From: Bacilli bacterium | GTDB lineage: Bacteria > Bacillota_I > Bacilli_A > RFN20 > CAG-826 | NCBI GenBank assembly: GCA_024408085.1 | Contig: JAKSVH010000007.1 | Coordinates: 6,914 to 70,913, forward strand | DNA: 64,000 nt | Direction: 5' to 3' | Shown: positions 1 through 8,144 of the stretch, piece by piece | How the letters are laid out: each line of letters opens with the position of its first letter | How positions within the stretch are numbered: the stretch's first letter is position 1 | Translations under genes and position numbers: made by a program | Notes under the pieces: generated by a model | What the model saw: the letters and a program-made list of their open reading frames with translations, nothing else | Databases searched by the model: none | Told to the model about the DNA's origin: nothing

Positions 1-204
1 GGTAAAACCTATCAAGTTAAAGTAATCGGCGTTGAAGATGATGGCTTCCTTAAACTTTCAATGTCAAAAATTACCGAAGAAGAAAAGGAAGAATACCATA
101 AAAGTGGTATTAAGAAAGTTAAAATCGACCCAGAATTTATAGATTTTTCAGGGTTAAAAGAAAAGCTACCAGAATGGATTGAATCCGCGAAAGAAGGTAA
201 ATAA
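1..204 (+). CDS. S1 (OB-fold) RNA-binding domain protein, C-terminal fragment; 5' end outside window
   Basis: Frame 1 is open from the window edge to TAA at 202-204. Translation GKTYQVKVIGVEDDGFLKLSMSKITEEEKEEY... looks like the end of an S1 domain of YugI/GSP13-type proteins. It stops 1 nt before the pgi ATG. Confidence 0.5.
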   Translation, partial: GKTYQVKVIGVEDDGFLKLSMSKITEEEKEEYHKSGIKKVKIDPEFIDFSGLKEKLPEWIESAKEGK

Positions 205-205
205 G

Positions 206-1486
206 ATGATTAAAGTATGCGACAAACACTTAGGAAAAAGTGTAAATTACAAATCCTATCAAAAGAAAGTTAATAAAATTAACGATGCAATTAATGCAAG
301 AACAAGTGCTGGAAATGATTTCCTTGGTTGGGAAGATCTTCCAAGTCACATTGATGAAAAAGAAGTCGATAGAATTATTGCTGAAGCAGAAAAAGTTCGT
401 AAGAATTTTGATGTTTTAGTTGTCTGTGGAATTGGCGGTTCCTACTTAGGAGCACGTGCTGCAATTGAAGCAATTAATGGACTTCACCCAATGGGAAAAT
501 TAGAAATTATTTTCATGGGTCAAACATTCTCCAGTGATTACATTGCTGAAACATTAAAATATTTAGAAGATAAGAAATTTGCAGTCAATGTAATTTCTAA
601 ATCCGGTACCACCACCGAAACTTCTATCTCATTTAGATTGCTCAAAAATTTACTTGTTAAAAAGTATGGCGAAAAGAAAGCTAAAGAAGCTATTTTTGCA
701 ACAACAGATTCTCACAAAGGAGCACTCCATAATGTTGCAGAAAAAGAAGGTTACGTTACCTTTGATTTACCAGGCAATGTTGGTGGTCGTTATTCGGTTC
801 TTACACCTGTTGGATTATTCCCAATTGCATGCGCTGGAATTGACATCAAAGCAATGATAAAAGGCGCGAAAAACGCTGAAAATACCCTCAGAAACCCTAA
901 TATTTTAGAAAATGAAGCTTACAAATATGCTGTGATTCGTGACTACCAATATAGACACGGAAAAGCAACTGAAATGTTTGTAACTTATGAGCCAAGATTA
1001 GTCCAATTAGGTGAATGGTTTAAACAATTATTTGGCGAGTCAGAAGGTAAGGAACATAAAGGTTTACTTCCAGATTCTGCAACCTTCTCAACAGACCTCC
1101 ACTCTTTAGGTCAATTTATACAAGACGGAACCCCAAAATTCTTTGAAACAGTTTTATTCATTAATAAATCACAAAATGAAGTTATCATCCCAGAATGTGA
1201 AGATGATGGCGATCAATTAAATTACCTCGCTGGCAAAAATATGGACTTCGTTAATGAAAAAGCATTTAAAGGTACATTGGCAGCTCACTCTGAAACTGCA
1301 AAAGTTCCTAACGTAGTTATCAAGGTTGAAACTCTTGATGCAGAAACCCTAGGTTATCTCTTCTATTTCTTTGAAAAGACCTGCGCAATGTCCGCATATT
1401 TACTTGGTGTTAATCCATTTAATCAACCAGGCGTTGAAATCTACAAGAAAAACATGTTTAGCCTTTTAGGTAAAAAAGGTTACTAA
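206..1486 (+). CDS. pgi: glucose-6-phosphate isomerase
   Basis: The ORF-track start at 179 is TTG inside the upstream gene. ATG at 206 gives MIKVCDKHLGK.... Motifs GIGGSYLGARA, SKSGTTTET and FGESEGK are typical of Firmicute-type PGI; about 426 aa. Confidence 0.93.
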   Translation: MIKVCDKHLGKSVNYKSYQKKVNKINDAINARTSAGNDFLGWEDLPSHIDEKEVDRIIAEAEKVRKNFDVLVVCGIGGSYLGARAAIEAINGLHPMGKLEIIFMGQTFSSDYIAETLKYLEDKKFAVNVISKSGTTTETSISFRLLKNLLVKKYGEKKAKEAIFATTDSHKGALHNVAEKEGYVTFDLPGNVGGRYSVLTPVGLFPIACAGIDIKAMIKGAKNAENTLRNPNILENEAYKYAVIRDYQYRHGKATEMFVTYEPRLVQLGEWFKQLFGESEGKEHKGLLPDSATFSTDLHSLGQFIQDGTPKFFETVLFINKSQNEVIIPECEDDGDQLNYLAGKNMDFVNEKAFKGTLAAHSETAKVPNVVIKVETLDAETLGYLFYFFEKTCAMSAYLLGVNPFNQPGVEIYKKNMFSLLGKKGY

Positions 1487-1547
1487 TTTTATTTGACTAA
1501 CTTATATCATAATGATATATTTATACAGCACGTTTTTGTGTAACTGT

Positions 1548-1623
1548 GGATGTTTAGCTCAGTTGGGAGAGCATCGCCTTTACACGGCGGGGGTCAGGAG
1601 TTCGAGCCTCTTAACATCCACCA
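1548..1623 (+). tRNA. tRNA-Val (anticodon TAC)
   Basis: Cloverleaf folded by hand: acceptor GGATGTT/AACATCC, anticodon loop tTTACAc, T-loop TTCGAGC, encoded CCA. Confidence 0.9.
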
Positions 1624-1643
1624 TCTAAACGTGAAATAGTCTT

Positions 1644-1727
1644 GGGCGAGTAGCGAAGTGGCCAAACGCGGCTGACTGTAAATCAGTTCCTTCGGGTTCG
1701 GCAGTTCAAATCTGTCCTCGCCCACCA
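1644..1727 (+). tRNA. tRNA-Tyr (anticodon GTA)
   Basis: Acceptor GGGCGAG/CTCGCCC, anticodon loop ctGTAaa, long variable arm, T-loop TTCAAAT, encoded CCA. Confidence 0.9.
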
Positions 1728-1732
1728 CTTAT

Positions 1733-1807
1733 TGGGGTGTAGCCAAGTGGTAAGGCATAAGACTTTGACTCTTACATTCGCAGGTCCGATCCCTGCCACC
1801 CCAACCA
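1733..1807 (+). tRNA. tRNA-Gln (anticodon TTG)
   Basis: Acceptor TGGGGTG/CACCCCA (U1-A72), anticodon loop cTTTGAc, encoded CCA. Confidence 0.88.
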
Positions 1808-1810
1808 AGT

Positions 1811-1841
1811 AAAAAAACACCGTTAGTCGGTGCTTTTTTTA
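1811..1841 (+). terminator. intrinsic terminator after the tRNA Val-Tyr-Gln unit
   Basis: CACCG-ttagt-CGGTG hairpin followed by cTTTTTTT. Confidence 0.7.
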
Positions 1842-1871
1842 TATTCAAAATCACTTTTTATTAAAAAAGTA

Positions 1872-1900
1872 TTGGAATATATAATTCACATGTGTATAAT
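1872..1900 (+). promoter_or_regulatory. sigma-70-type promoter for the tRNA Lys-Leu-Gln unit
   Basis: TTGGAA (1872-1877), 17-nt spacer, TATAAT (1895-1900), about 30 nt upstream of tRNA-Lys. Confidence 0.6.
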
Positions 1901-1932
1901 AGTAAAGCATTTTGAAAGAAATGCACTACGAT

Positions 1933-2009
1933 CTCCCGTTAGCTCAGTTGGCTAGAGCACTCGACTTTTAATCAAGGGGTCGGACGTTCAAATCGTCTAC
2001 GGGAGACCA
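1933..2009 (+). tRNA. tRNA-Lys (anticodon TTT)
   Basis: Acceptor CTCCCGT/ACGGGAG (C1-G72), anticodon loop cTTTTAa, C29-A41 mismatch in the anticodon stem, T-loop TTCAAAT, encoded CCA. Confidence 0.85.
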
Positions 2010-2015
2010 TCGAAT

Positions 2016-2103
2016 GCCCAGGTGGCGAAATTGGTAGACGCAAGGGACTTAAAATCCCTCGAGTGAATAACTCATACCGGTTCAAGTCCGGTCCCGGGCA
2101 CCA
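2016..2103 (+). tRNA. tRNA-Leu (anticodon TAA)
   Basis: Anticodon stem AGGGA/TCCCT with loop cTTAAAa, long variable arm, one A-C mismatch in the acceptor stem, encoded CCA. Confidence 0.88.
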
Positions 2104-2123
2104 ATTTACGCCACCTTTTACTT

Positions 2124-2198
2124 TGGGGCGTAGCCAAGCGGTAAGGCAGCGGGCTCTGAACTCGCCATTCACTGGTTCGATCCCAGTCGCCCCAACCA
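2124..2198 (+). tRNA. tRNA-Gln (anticodon CTG)
   Basis: Acceptor TGGGGCG/CGCCCCA (U1-A72), anticodon loop cTCTGAa, encoded CCA. Paralogous to the tRNA at 1733-1807. Confidence 0.85.
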
Positions 2199-2224
2199 AA
2201 AGATACAAAAAGGAGAAAAACGGC

Positions 2225-2752
2225 ATGAAATTTCTTAAAGCAAACAAATTAGCTGTTCTATCTATTGGAGCTATCGTTCTAATGATGCTCTTATTACTTA
2301 TCCCAGGATTTGCCCGTTATGATTACATGAGCGGCGCATTCAGCGTTAAAGCAAACGGATATGAATTCTTCTTCAACTTAAAGGTCCATTCAGGTGCTAT
2401 TGCATCTCCATATGGAACTGGAATTGTTGGATCAGGAATTGCAGTATTTGTATTAGCAGCTCTTGCTATTGCAATGTTCTGTATCGCAAAAATTTCATCA
2501 TTCTTTGTTCTTCTTGGCGGTTTATTTAATTTAACAAATTCAATCTTATTCTTCGCAATGGAAGCATCAGCCAGAAAAGTTTATGTTCTTACAGATGCAG
2601 GCAACATTTGCGGATGGGTTACATATGTAATTGCAGTTATCTTGTTAGCAGCAGCAGCTTATGCAATCTATAAAGCAATTATGATGATGAGGGATGAAAT
2701 TAAACATCCATCTGCTCCAAAAGGACCATCATACAATTACTTAAAGAAATAA
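2225..2752 (+). CDS. hypothetical multi-pass membrane protein (175 aa)
   Basis: ATG at 2225 preceded by AAAGGAG. The ORF-track 5' extension runs through tRNA genes. Several hydrophobic segments; no recognisable family. Confidence 0.6.
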   Translation: MKFLKANKLAVLSIGAIVLMMLLLLIPGFARYDYMSGAFSVKANGYEFFFNLKVHSGAIASPYGTGIVGSGIAVFVLAALAIAMFCIAKISSFFVLLGGLFNLTNSILFFAMEASARKVYVLTDAGNICGWVTYVIAVILLAAAAYAIYKAIMMMRDEIKHPSAPKGPSYNYLKK

Positions 2753-2765
2753 TTAATTTATTATT

Positions 2766-2803
2766 AAAGAAAATCTCACGTACACGCGTGAGATTTTTCT
2801 TTC
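2766..2803. terminator. bidirectional intrinsic terminator
   Basis: 10-bp stem AAATCTCACG/CGTGAGATTT with a 6-nt loop, A-run on the left and T-run on the right, between convergent genes. Confidence 0.8.
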
Positions 2804-2804
2804 A

Positions 2805-4985
2805 TTATAATGATGTAATATAAATCGATACCGTTGAAAGAATAAGCAGGATTCCAATCATAAGAGAGAAACCATAACCAACATTGAACAATAAATCCAA
2901 CTTCTTGTTTCTCTGTCCTCTATGAGGATGATAAAGAAGAATTAACGGGAGAGCACAGAATAATCCAATATAATTGGATCCAAAGCCCATCTTAGCGTAG
3001 CTTGGGTTCTTTTCTGCAAACATATCAAATAATGCAAGCCCAACAAAGATAAGTGCAACCAAGAAGTTTTTAATGAATTGGTACCTATTACCAAGTTCAT
3101 AAACTTTTGCTTTTTCACTTCCATATTTAGCTTCGACAATTCTCTTATAAATATAAATAACTAAACAATAAAGGATAGTAAATGCAGTAATAATTAGAGC
3201 TTTTGTAAAGAATAATGAGGAAACAGCATGTGGCAAGTTCCATCCCCACAACTTCTTACCAATTTGAACAACTGAAGAAGCAATCATGTAGCCAAGAGGA
3301 ATAATTGCACAACATCTATAGATGATTGTGTTTCTCTTCTCATTATTTTTGAATTTTGGTCTTCTAAGTAAAATAGAAGTTAATAAATTAAACGCTAAAA
3401 TTCCCCAGACAATATTTCCTGGTAAGAAATCAAGAATGATTGAGAATCTATTTAACGCAGGTGAAATAGCAAATAACTCATCAATAAGTAAAGAGAATAC
3501 ATAGAAAATAAAGCCCGCAAAGAATAATGTGTAATTCAAAATGAATGTTGATTTCTTGTTTTGAATGATGTCTAGTTTAATAAAGAAAATTAGCATCATT
3601 CCAAGAACTGTAAATGACGCAACATCAGCTCTAAAGCTTAAGCTTTCAAATGTTCCTTCGATATCAAAATTAATAATGCTATTAAAAATAAAATACAAAG
3701 ACAACGATCCTGTAACCATCAAGAAAAAAGCAATAATTCTAATCAAAGCTTCAGGAATAATTGGCATTGGAAAATTATTTTTTGGTAATTCTCTAACTTT
3801 TTTCTTTGTGTTGCTTTCACTAATAATATCTTCACTTTCAATAGAAACAGCATCGTAAACTTTCTTACCAAATCTTGTAGAGACAATTAGTGAATAAACA
3901 TACAAAGCAAAGAATAAAGTAGCAAAAATAATCCCACATGAAACCATGGCTGTATCTCTTCCAGTTTGACGATTATAAGTTTTTAATCCATTTGCCTGGT
4001 CAGAGTTAAAATCTGTTATGTTTTTATATCCAAGAACGTCGCTTTTTGCTTCCATGAATTCTTGTTTGGATGCTTCAAAAGTTGGGAAATATTCTTCGAA
4101 AATTCCCTTATAAATATTTGCGTAAATTGATTCTCCTTCAACCTTCTCTAAGTATCCAGACATTCCACGCATTTGAACCAAATTATACGTGAATTTGAGG
4201 GTTTTATAGTTAAAATCAACGGAGAAATGGGCGATTTGTGATTTAAATAAACTGTCTTGATCATATGCATAAAAGTGCAAACGTTCACCAGTTTCTGTCA
4301 TTCTTGATTCATACCAAATATAGGCATTTCCAACGTCTAAACCAGTAGCATCTTTTAAATTAATTTCGCCACCACAATTAAAGAACGCATAACCTAAATA
4401 TTCATCATACAACGTTCCATCAAAAGTGCCGACTAAGAAATTAATACTTTCATAGAAGAAAATATTATCTGCTGTTTTTGGAACATCATAAGAAACTGAT
4501 TTAAAACTTGTCGCTAAAAGTTCTGAGGTTTTGGAATCAATTGCTAAATGTTTAGTTCCGTTTTCTTCTACATATTTTGCTGCATTATTATAGGTGCTTG
4601 TAAAACAAGGTGCCGCTAAAGAATTAACTTGATTATTGAGCCCAACAACGGTCATTGCAACAAATCCAAAAGAGAGGATTAATGTAGCAATCTTAAACCA
4701 AATACTTTTTAAAATTTTCTTTGCTTTATTATCTTCAACTTCTTCAACTTCATCTTCTAAAGGAGATGGATAACCTAAAATGTCCTTATCGAAAAAATCT
4801 TCCGCTAAATCATATCTTAAAATAAACTGCTTTTGCAATTTTTTATTTTTGACATTGATATAGCCACTTTCAATTGCTCGTAATTTGCTTTTTGAAATGT
4901 CTAAGCGAATACAAGCTTCTCTTATAGAAAAGCCCAGTTCCAAACGACGATCATATAAAAGTCTATTTAGTCCTACTTGTTTCAT
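2805..4985 (-). CDS. membrane protein with N-terminal XRE-type HTH, extracytoplasmic domain and polytopic C-terminal half (726 aa)
   Basis: N-terminus LYDRRLELGFSIREACIRLDISKSKLRAIESG is an XRE-like HTH. It is followed by an acidic linker, a TM near residue 100, a ~230-aa non-hydrophobic region, then about 10 hydrophobic helices. No enzyme motif recognised. Confidence 0.6.
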   Translation of the reverse strand: MKQVGLNRLLYDRRLELGFSIREACIRLDISKSKLRAIESGYINVKNKKLQKQFILRYDLAEDFFDKDILGYPSPLEDEVEEVEDNKAKKILKSIWFKIATLILSFGFVAMTVVGLNNQVNSLAAPCFTSTYNNAAKYVEENGTKHLAIDSKTSELLATSFKSVSYDVPKTADNIFFYESINFLVGTFDGTLYDEYLGYAFFNCGGEINLKDATGLDVGNAYIWYESRMTETGERLHFYAYDQDSLFKSQIAHFSVDFNYKTLKFTYNLVQMRGMSGYLEKVEGESIYANIYKGIFEEYFPTFEASKQEFMEAKSDVLGYKNITDFNSDQANGLKTYNRQTGRDTAMVSCGIIFATLFFALYVYSLIVSTRFGKKVYDAVSIESEDIISESNTKKKVRELPKNNFPMPIIPEALIRIIAFFLMVTGSLSLYFIFNSIINFDIEGTFESLSFRADVASFTVLGMMLIFFIKLDIIQNKKSTFILNYTLFFAGFIFYVFSLLIDELFAISPALNRFSIILDFLPGNIVWGILAFNLLTSILLRRPKFKNNEKRNTIIYRCCAIIPLGYMIASSVVQIGKKLWGWNLPHAVSSLFFTKALIITAFTILYCLVIYIYKRIVEAKYGSEKAKVYELGNRYQFIKNFLVALIFVGLALFDMFAEKNPSYAKMGFGSNYIGLFCALPLILLYHPHRGQRNKKLDLLFNVGYGFSLMIGILLILSTVSIYITSL

Positions 4986-4987
4986 AC

Positions 4988-5383
4988 TTATTTAATTTCC
5001 ACAATTTGTGCTTTACGATGAGCTTCTTTTTTACGATAACTTGTCTTATGTTTTCTTTCGTAATTAAAAACTTCTAGTTCGCCTTTTTCAGTAACCCTTA
5101 AATACATGGCATCCGAATTTTTATCATAAATATAATTTAGATAACCTCTTCTAACCATATTAAGAATATATGAACAAAGTCTTCTTCCTGGAAAAGAAAT
5201 TAATGTTCCAAAAGTTCTCATGTCAATATATTGACGTGTCTCCACATCTAATTTACCCATTAAAATATTGTTCACGCCTTTGGCGGTTGGATATTTTTTT
5301 ACATTATTTAAATCAAGCACTGTTTGAAGAATTTTATAATGAGAAACAGTGAGTCTAAAGCCTGTAGTTTTACGTCTTTGCAT
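4988..5383 (-). CDS. small RQC-like winged-helix DNA-binding protein (131 aa)
   Basis: The central region ILMGKLDVETRQYIDMRTFGTLISFPGRRLCSYILNMVRRGYLNYIY...YLRVTEKGE follows the RecQ RQC winged-helix pattern. There is no helicase domain and a basic tail. It stops 2 nt before the next ATG. Confidence 0.55.
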   Translation of the reverse strand: MQRRKTTGFRLTVSHYKILQTVLDLNNVKKYPTAKGVNNILMGKLDVETRQYIDMRTFGTLISFPGRRLCSYILNMVRRGYLNYIYDKNSDAMYLRVTEKGELEVFNYERKHKTSYRKKEAHRKAQIVEIK

Positions 5384-5444
5384 GTAATTAGTTTATCACA
5401 TTTATTGCATAAATGAATAAAAGTAATATAATTATTCTTACTTT

Positions 5445-5693
5445 ATGGAAGACACAATAGAACTTATTAAACAAACTATCGACAAAGTCAGACCATTCAT
5501 CAACCGTGATGGAGGAGACATTGAATTTGTCGATTTCATAGATGGAATTGTCTATGTAAACATGAAAGGCGCTTGCCAAGATTGCGTTATGATTGACACC
5601 ACATTATCAGATGGAATTGAAATCATTTTGCAAGAAGAAGTCCCTGGAGTTATCGGGGTTAAACTAGCAAGCGAAATGCCTGAGAAAAAATAA
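5445..5693 (+). CDS. NifU C-terminal (Nfu-type) Fe-S cluster carrier domain protein
   Basis: 82 aa; VRPFINRDGGDIEFVD...GACQDC...TL..GIE pattern with the CxxC pair. Confidence 0.8.
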   Translation: MEDTIELIKQTIDKVRPFINRDGGDIEFVDFIDGIVYVNMKGACQDCVMIDTTLSDGIEIILQEEVPGVIGVKLASEMPEKK

Positions 5694-5723
5694 AAATATG
5701 CCGGAAACCGGCATATTTTTTTA
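5692..5723. terminator. bidirectional intrinsic terminator
   Basis: AATATGCCGG-aaa-CCGGCATATT perfect 10-bp stem flanked by A-run and T-run, between convergent genes. Confidence 0.85.
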
Positions 5724-5736
5724 AATTTTCAAATTT

Positions 5737-7335
5737 TTAAATAATAGAAATTGGTAATCCAATATATGGAGAAATTCCACTTCTAAAATCAGAAGGTTTA
5801 ATTGTTTGTTTATTAAAAATTAAATGAGCAACTTCATCTCTAACAACTTTACCAGTTCTAATTAAATTATCATCAGTAATTGGGAATACCTTTCCAACCA
5901 TTTCATTTGATAAAGCAATAAAGTCTGTAAGAACAATATAGTATTCTGTATTGTCATCAATTTCGGTATCGCTTGAGTATGTTCTTCTAATTGCAAGTGA
6001 AGTTAGTTCTTTACGTTTGAAACCTGCTTTAAGACTTTTTCCTCTTGCTTTATACAAAACAATTTCATTATCGAATGGGAATGCTGCATAAACATTTCCA
6101 TAAAGTATTTCGCCTTTAGCAATGTCGGTTCTAATACCGCCTTCTACGTTATGGAATGTAGCAATAATTTTGTCTTCAGGAATTTCTAAATTGCTTTCTT
6201 TAATTCCTTTTAATGCTCCTTGATACATTGATTCAACGCAAACATTTTTTAATGCACCTGATAGAGGTAAATTATTTTCGGCTTTACCAAGTTTGATATT
6301 TTTAATATCATCAATGCTTGATTTATAACTGTTCATAATTGTTTGAATGTTAGCATTTTCGCTAAGTCCAGCAAGTTTAGTTGGTGCTTCATCAACATCA
6401 AAACTTGAACAAGAAACTGCTTTTGTGGTTTTATCAATCGCTAATTGTATGTGGGCGATTGAAGTACCATAGTTTGCTGTTTGTGCAGCTGGAATACCAT
6501 CATTAATAGTTAACTTTTTAGTTAAGTGAGCATGTCCACCAAAGATTGCATCAACATTGCTCACAGCTTTTTTACCGAGAAGATCTATATCATTATGAGA
6601 AGTCCAAATAACGATATCACATTTTTCATCAGTTTTAAGTCTTGCGGCTTCAGCATTTACACAATCTGTTTCATCAAGGAAGTCATAAGCTTCAACACAC
6701 GATTTAAGGATTGAAGATTTTAATTTTTCTCCAATAGATCCAATAATTCCGATTTTATAATCACCACGTTGAATAACAGTTGATTTCTTCAAGAAATCAG
6801 GTGTTTCTGTAGTACCGGCTTTTGCAATGTTAGCAGAAATAAATGGAATCTTGTGATCGCCATAGGCTAAATTTGCATTTTTCTTCAACCAGGTATCGGT
6901 CCAGTCGAATTCATGGTTTCCAATTGCCATAGAATCAAATCCCATATAGTTCATAGCGTAATTAACCATATAACCACGTGTTGAGTTAGACTCAACAGAG
7001 CCTTGGAACATATCACCAGAGGAAACAACTACTGTTCCGCCTTTGTTTTCTTGACGTTTAATGTCTAAATAACTAGCAAGTTTTGACAAACCTATGTAGT
7101 TTCCGCTTGTATGGTTTTCGTAATTAACAGCGCCATGAAAATCTGATACTTCATAAATATCAATAAAGTCACTTGTGCCGTCTGTTTTAATGTCTCCACT
7201 ATAATCTGGCTTAGCTGGCAATGTTGGAGTGATTGACTCAACATCAACAGTTGGAATAACTAATTCTTTTGGCCCTCCACAGCTAGCAAGCAATGGAAGC
7301 ATTACTAGAATTGGAATAATTTTTTTGGTTTTCAT
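5737..7335 (-). CDS. lipoprotein, calcineurin-like metallophosphoesterase / 5'-nucleotidase family
   Basis: Signal peptide with lipobox LLASCGG; motifs DFHG, GDMFQGS, GNHEFD, GGHAH; C-terminal 5'-nucleotidase-like half. Confidence 0.8.
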   Translation of the reverse strand: MKTKKIIPILVMLPLLASCGGPKELVIPTVDVESITPTLPAKPDYSGDIKTDGTSDFIDIYEVSDFHGAVNYENHTSGNYIGLSKLASYLDIKRQENKGGTVVVSSGDMFQGSVESNSTRGYMVNYAMNYMGFDSMAIGNHEFDWTDTWLKKNANLAYGDHKIPFISANIAKAGTTETPDFLKKSTVIQRGDYKIGIIGSIGEKLKSSILKSCVEAYDFLDETDCVNAEAARLKTDEKCDIVIWTSHNDIDLLGKKAVSNVDAIFGGHAHLTKKLTINDGIPAAQTANYGTSIAHIQLAIDKTTKAVSCSSFDVDEAPTKLAGLSENANIQTIMNSYKSSIDDIKNIKLGKAENNLPLSGALKNVCVESMYQGALKGIKESNLEIPEDKIIATFHNVEGGIRTDIAKGEILYGNVYAAFPFDNEIVLYKARGKSLKAGFKRKELTSLAIRRTYSSDTEIDDNTEYYIVLTDFIALSNEMVGKVFPITDDNLIRTGKVVRDEVAHLIFNKQTIKPSDFRSGISPYIGLPISII

Positions 7336-7355
7336 AATTGTTCCTCCAATAAATA

Positions 7356-8144
7356 TTATAAAAGAAAATTTTCTTTTCTATTACAAATAACATATCCATC
7401 GTGGTTATAAACGTCCTCACGATTATAACGAATTGGTGTTCCATCAAATTTTAAAAGATAGCCACCTGCTTCTTCAACAATGATTTGCATTGCGCATGTA
7501 TCCCATTCCTTTGTATTAGAAGAAAAACGGTATGACATTTCAGCAAGTCCACGAGCAATAATACAACCTTTAAGAGTTGCACCAATAATTGCTTGATGTT
7601 TAATCTTATCTGAGTGCTTTTTAATCATTGCTTGTTCAGTTTCATTTGAGTGGAATCTGGATACTAAAATTATTAAATCTTCTGTCTTATTATTTACGTG
7701 AATTTTTACTGGTTTTGCATCCTTATTTTCAAGGTAAAAAGAACCTTCATTTTTGACTGCAAAATATATCTCTCCAGTAACAGGTGCAAGAATAACTCCG
7801 AGAACGGCTTCATGTTTGTAAGATAAGCCAATATTCACGGTAAATTCCCCATTTTTTGCCACAAAATCCTTAGTTCCATCAACTGGATCAACTATCCAAA
7901 CATAGTCATTTTTTAGACGTGTTTTGTCATCTAAAGATTCCTCTGTTAACATAGCATAATTTGGGAAAGCATCAGAAAGAATTTTACGTATAATTTTGTC
8001 GGCTGCTTTATCTGCTTTTGTAACAGGTGAATTATCTTCTTTAATCTCAACACCTAAATCAGGTGAATTGTATACATCTAAAATTACGTTGCGAACTGCA
8101 TTGACCGCTTCGATAGCTACTTGTAGTTCTCTTTCGTAATTCAT
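7356..8144 (-). CDS. inositol monophosphatase-family phosphatase (CysQ-like 3',5'-bisphosphate nucleotidase candidate)
   Basis: Motifs VTKADK, LTEE, WIVDPVDGTKDF, WDTCA. Start overlaps the upstream stop by 1 nt. Confidence 0.75.
   Translation of the reverse strand: MNYERELQVAIEAVNAVRNVILDVYNSPDLGVEIKEDNSPVTKADKAADKIIRKILSDAFPNYAMLTEESLDDKTRLKNDYVWIVDPVDGTKDFVAKNGEFTVNIGLSYKHEAVLGVILAPVTGEIYFAVKNEGSFYLENKDAKPVKIHVNNKTEDLIILVSRFHSNETEQAMIKKHSDKIKHQAIIGATLKGCIIARGLAEMSYRFSSNTKEWDTCAMQIIVEEAGGYLLKFDGTPIRYNREDVYNHDGYVICNRKENFLL

Noticed and set aside
179-205. N-terminal extensions in the ORF track at 179, 23294, 30816, 34860, 35863, 42340, 43149, 43310, 47334, 51011, 51463, 55780, 56300 and 60761
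   Set aside because: Many begin at TTG or GTG inside the preceding gene or inside regulatory RNA. In each case a downstream ATG (or GTG) has a proper SD and matches the conserved N-terminus of the family, so those starts were used instead.
1972-2247. Track ORFs 1972-2247 (-) and the 5' part of 2063-2752 (+) covering the tRNA cluster
   Set aside because: They run through the tRNA-Lys, tRNA-Leu and tRNA-Gln genes. Only the part from ATG 2225, which has an RBS, is credible as coding.
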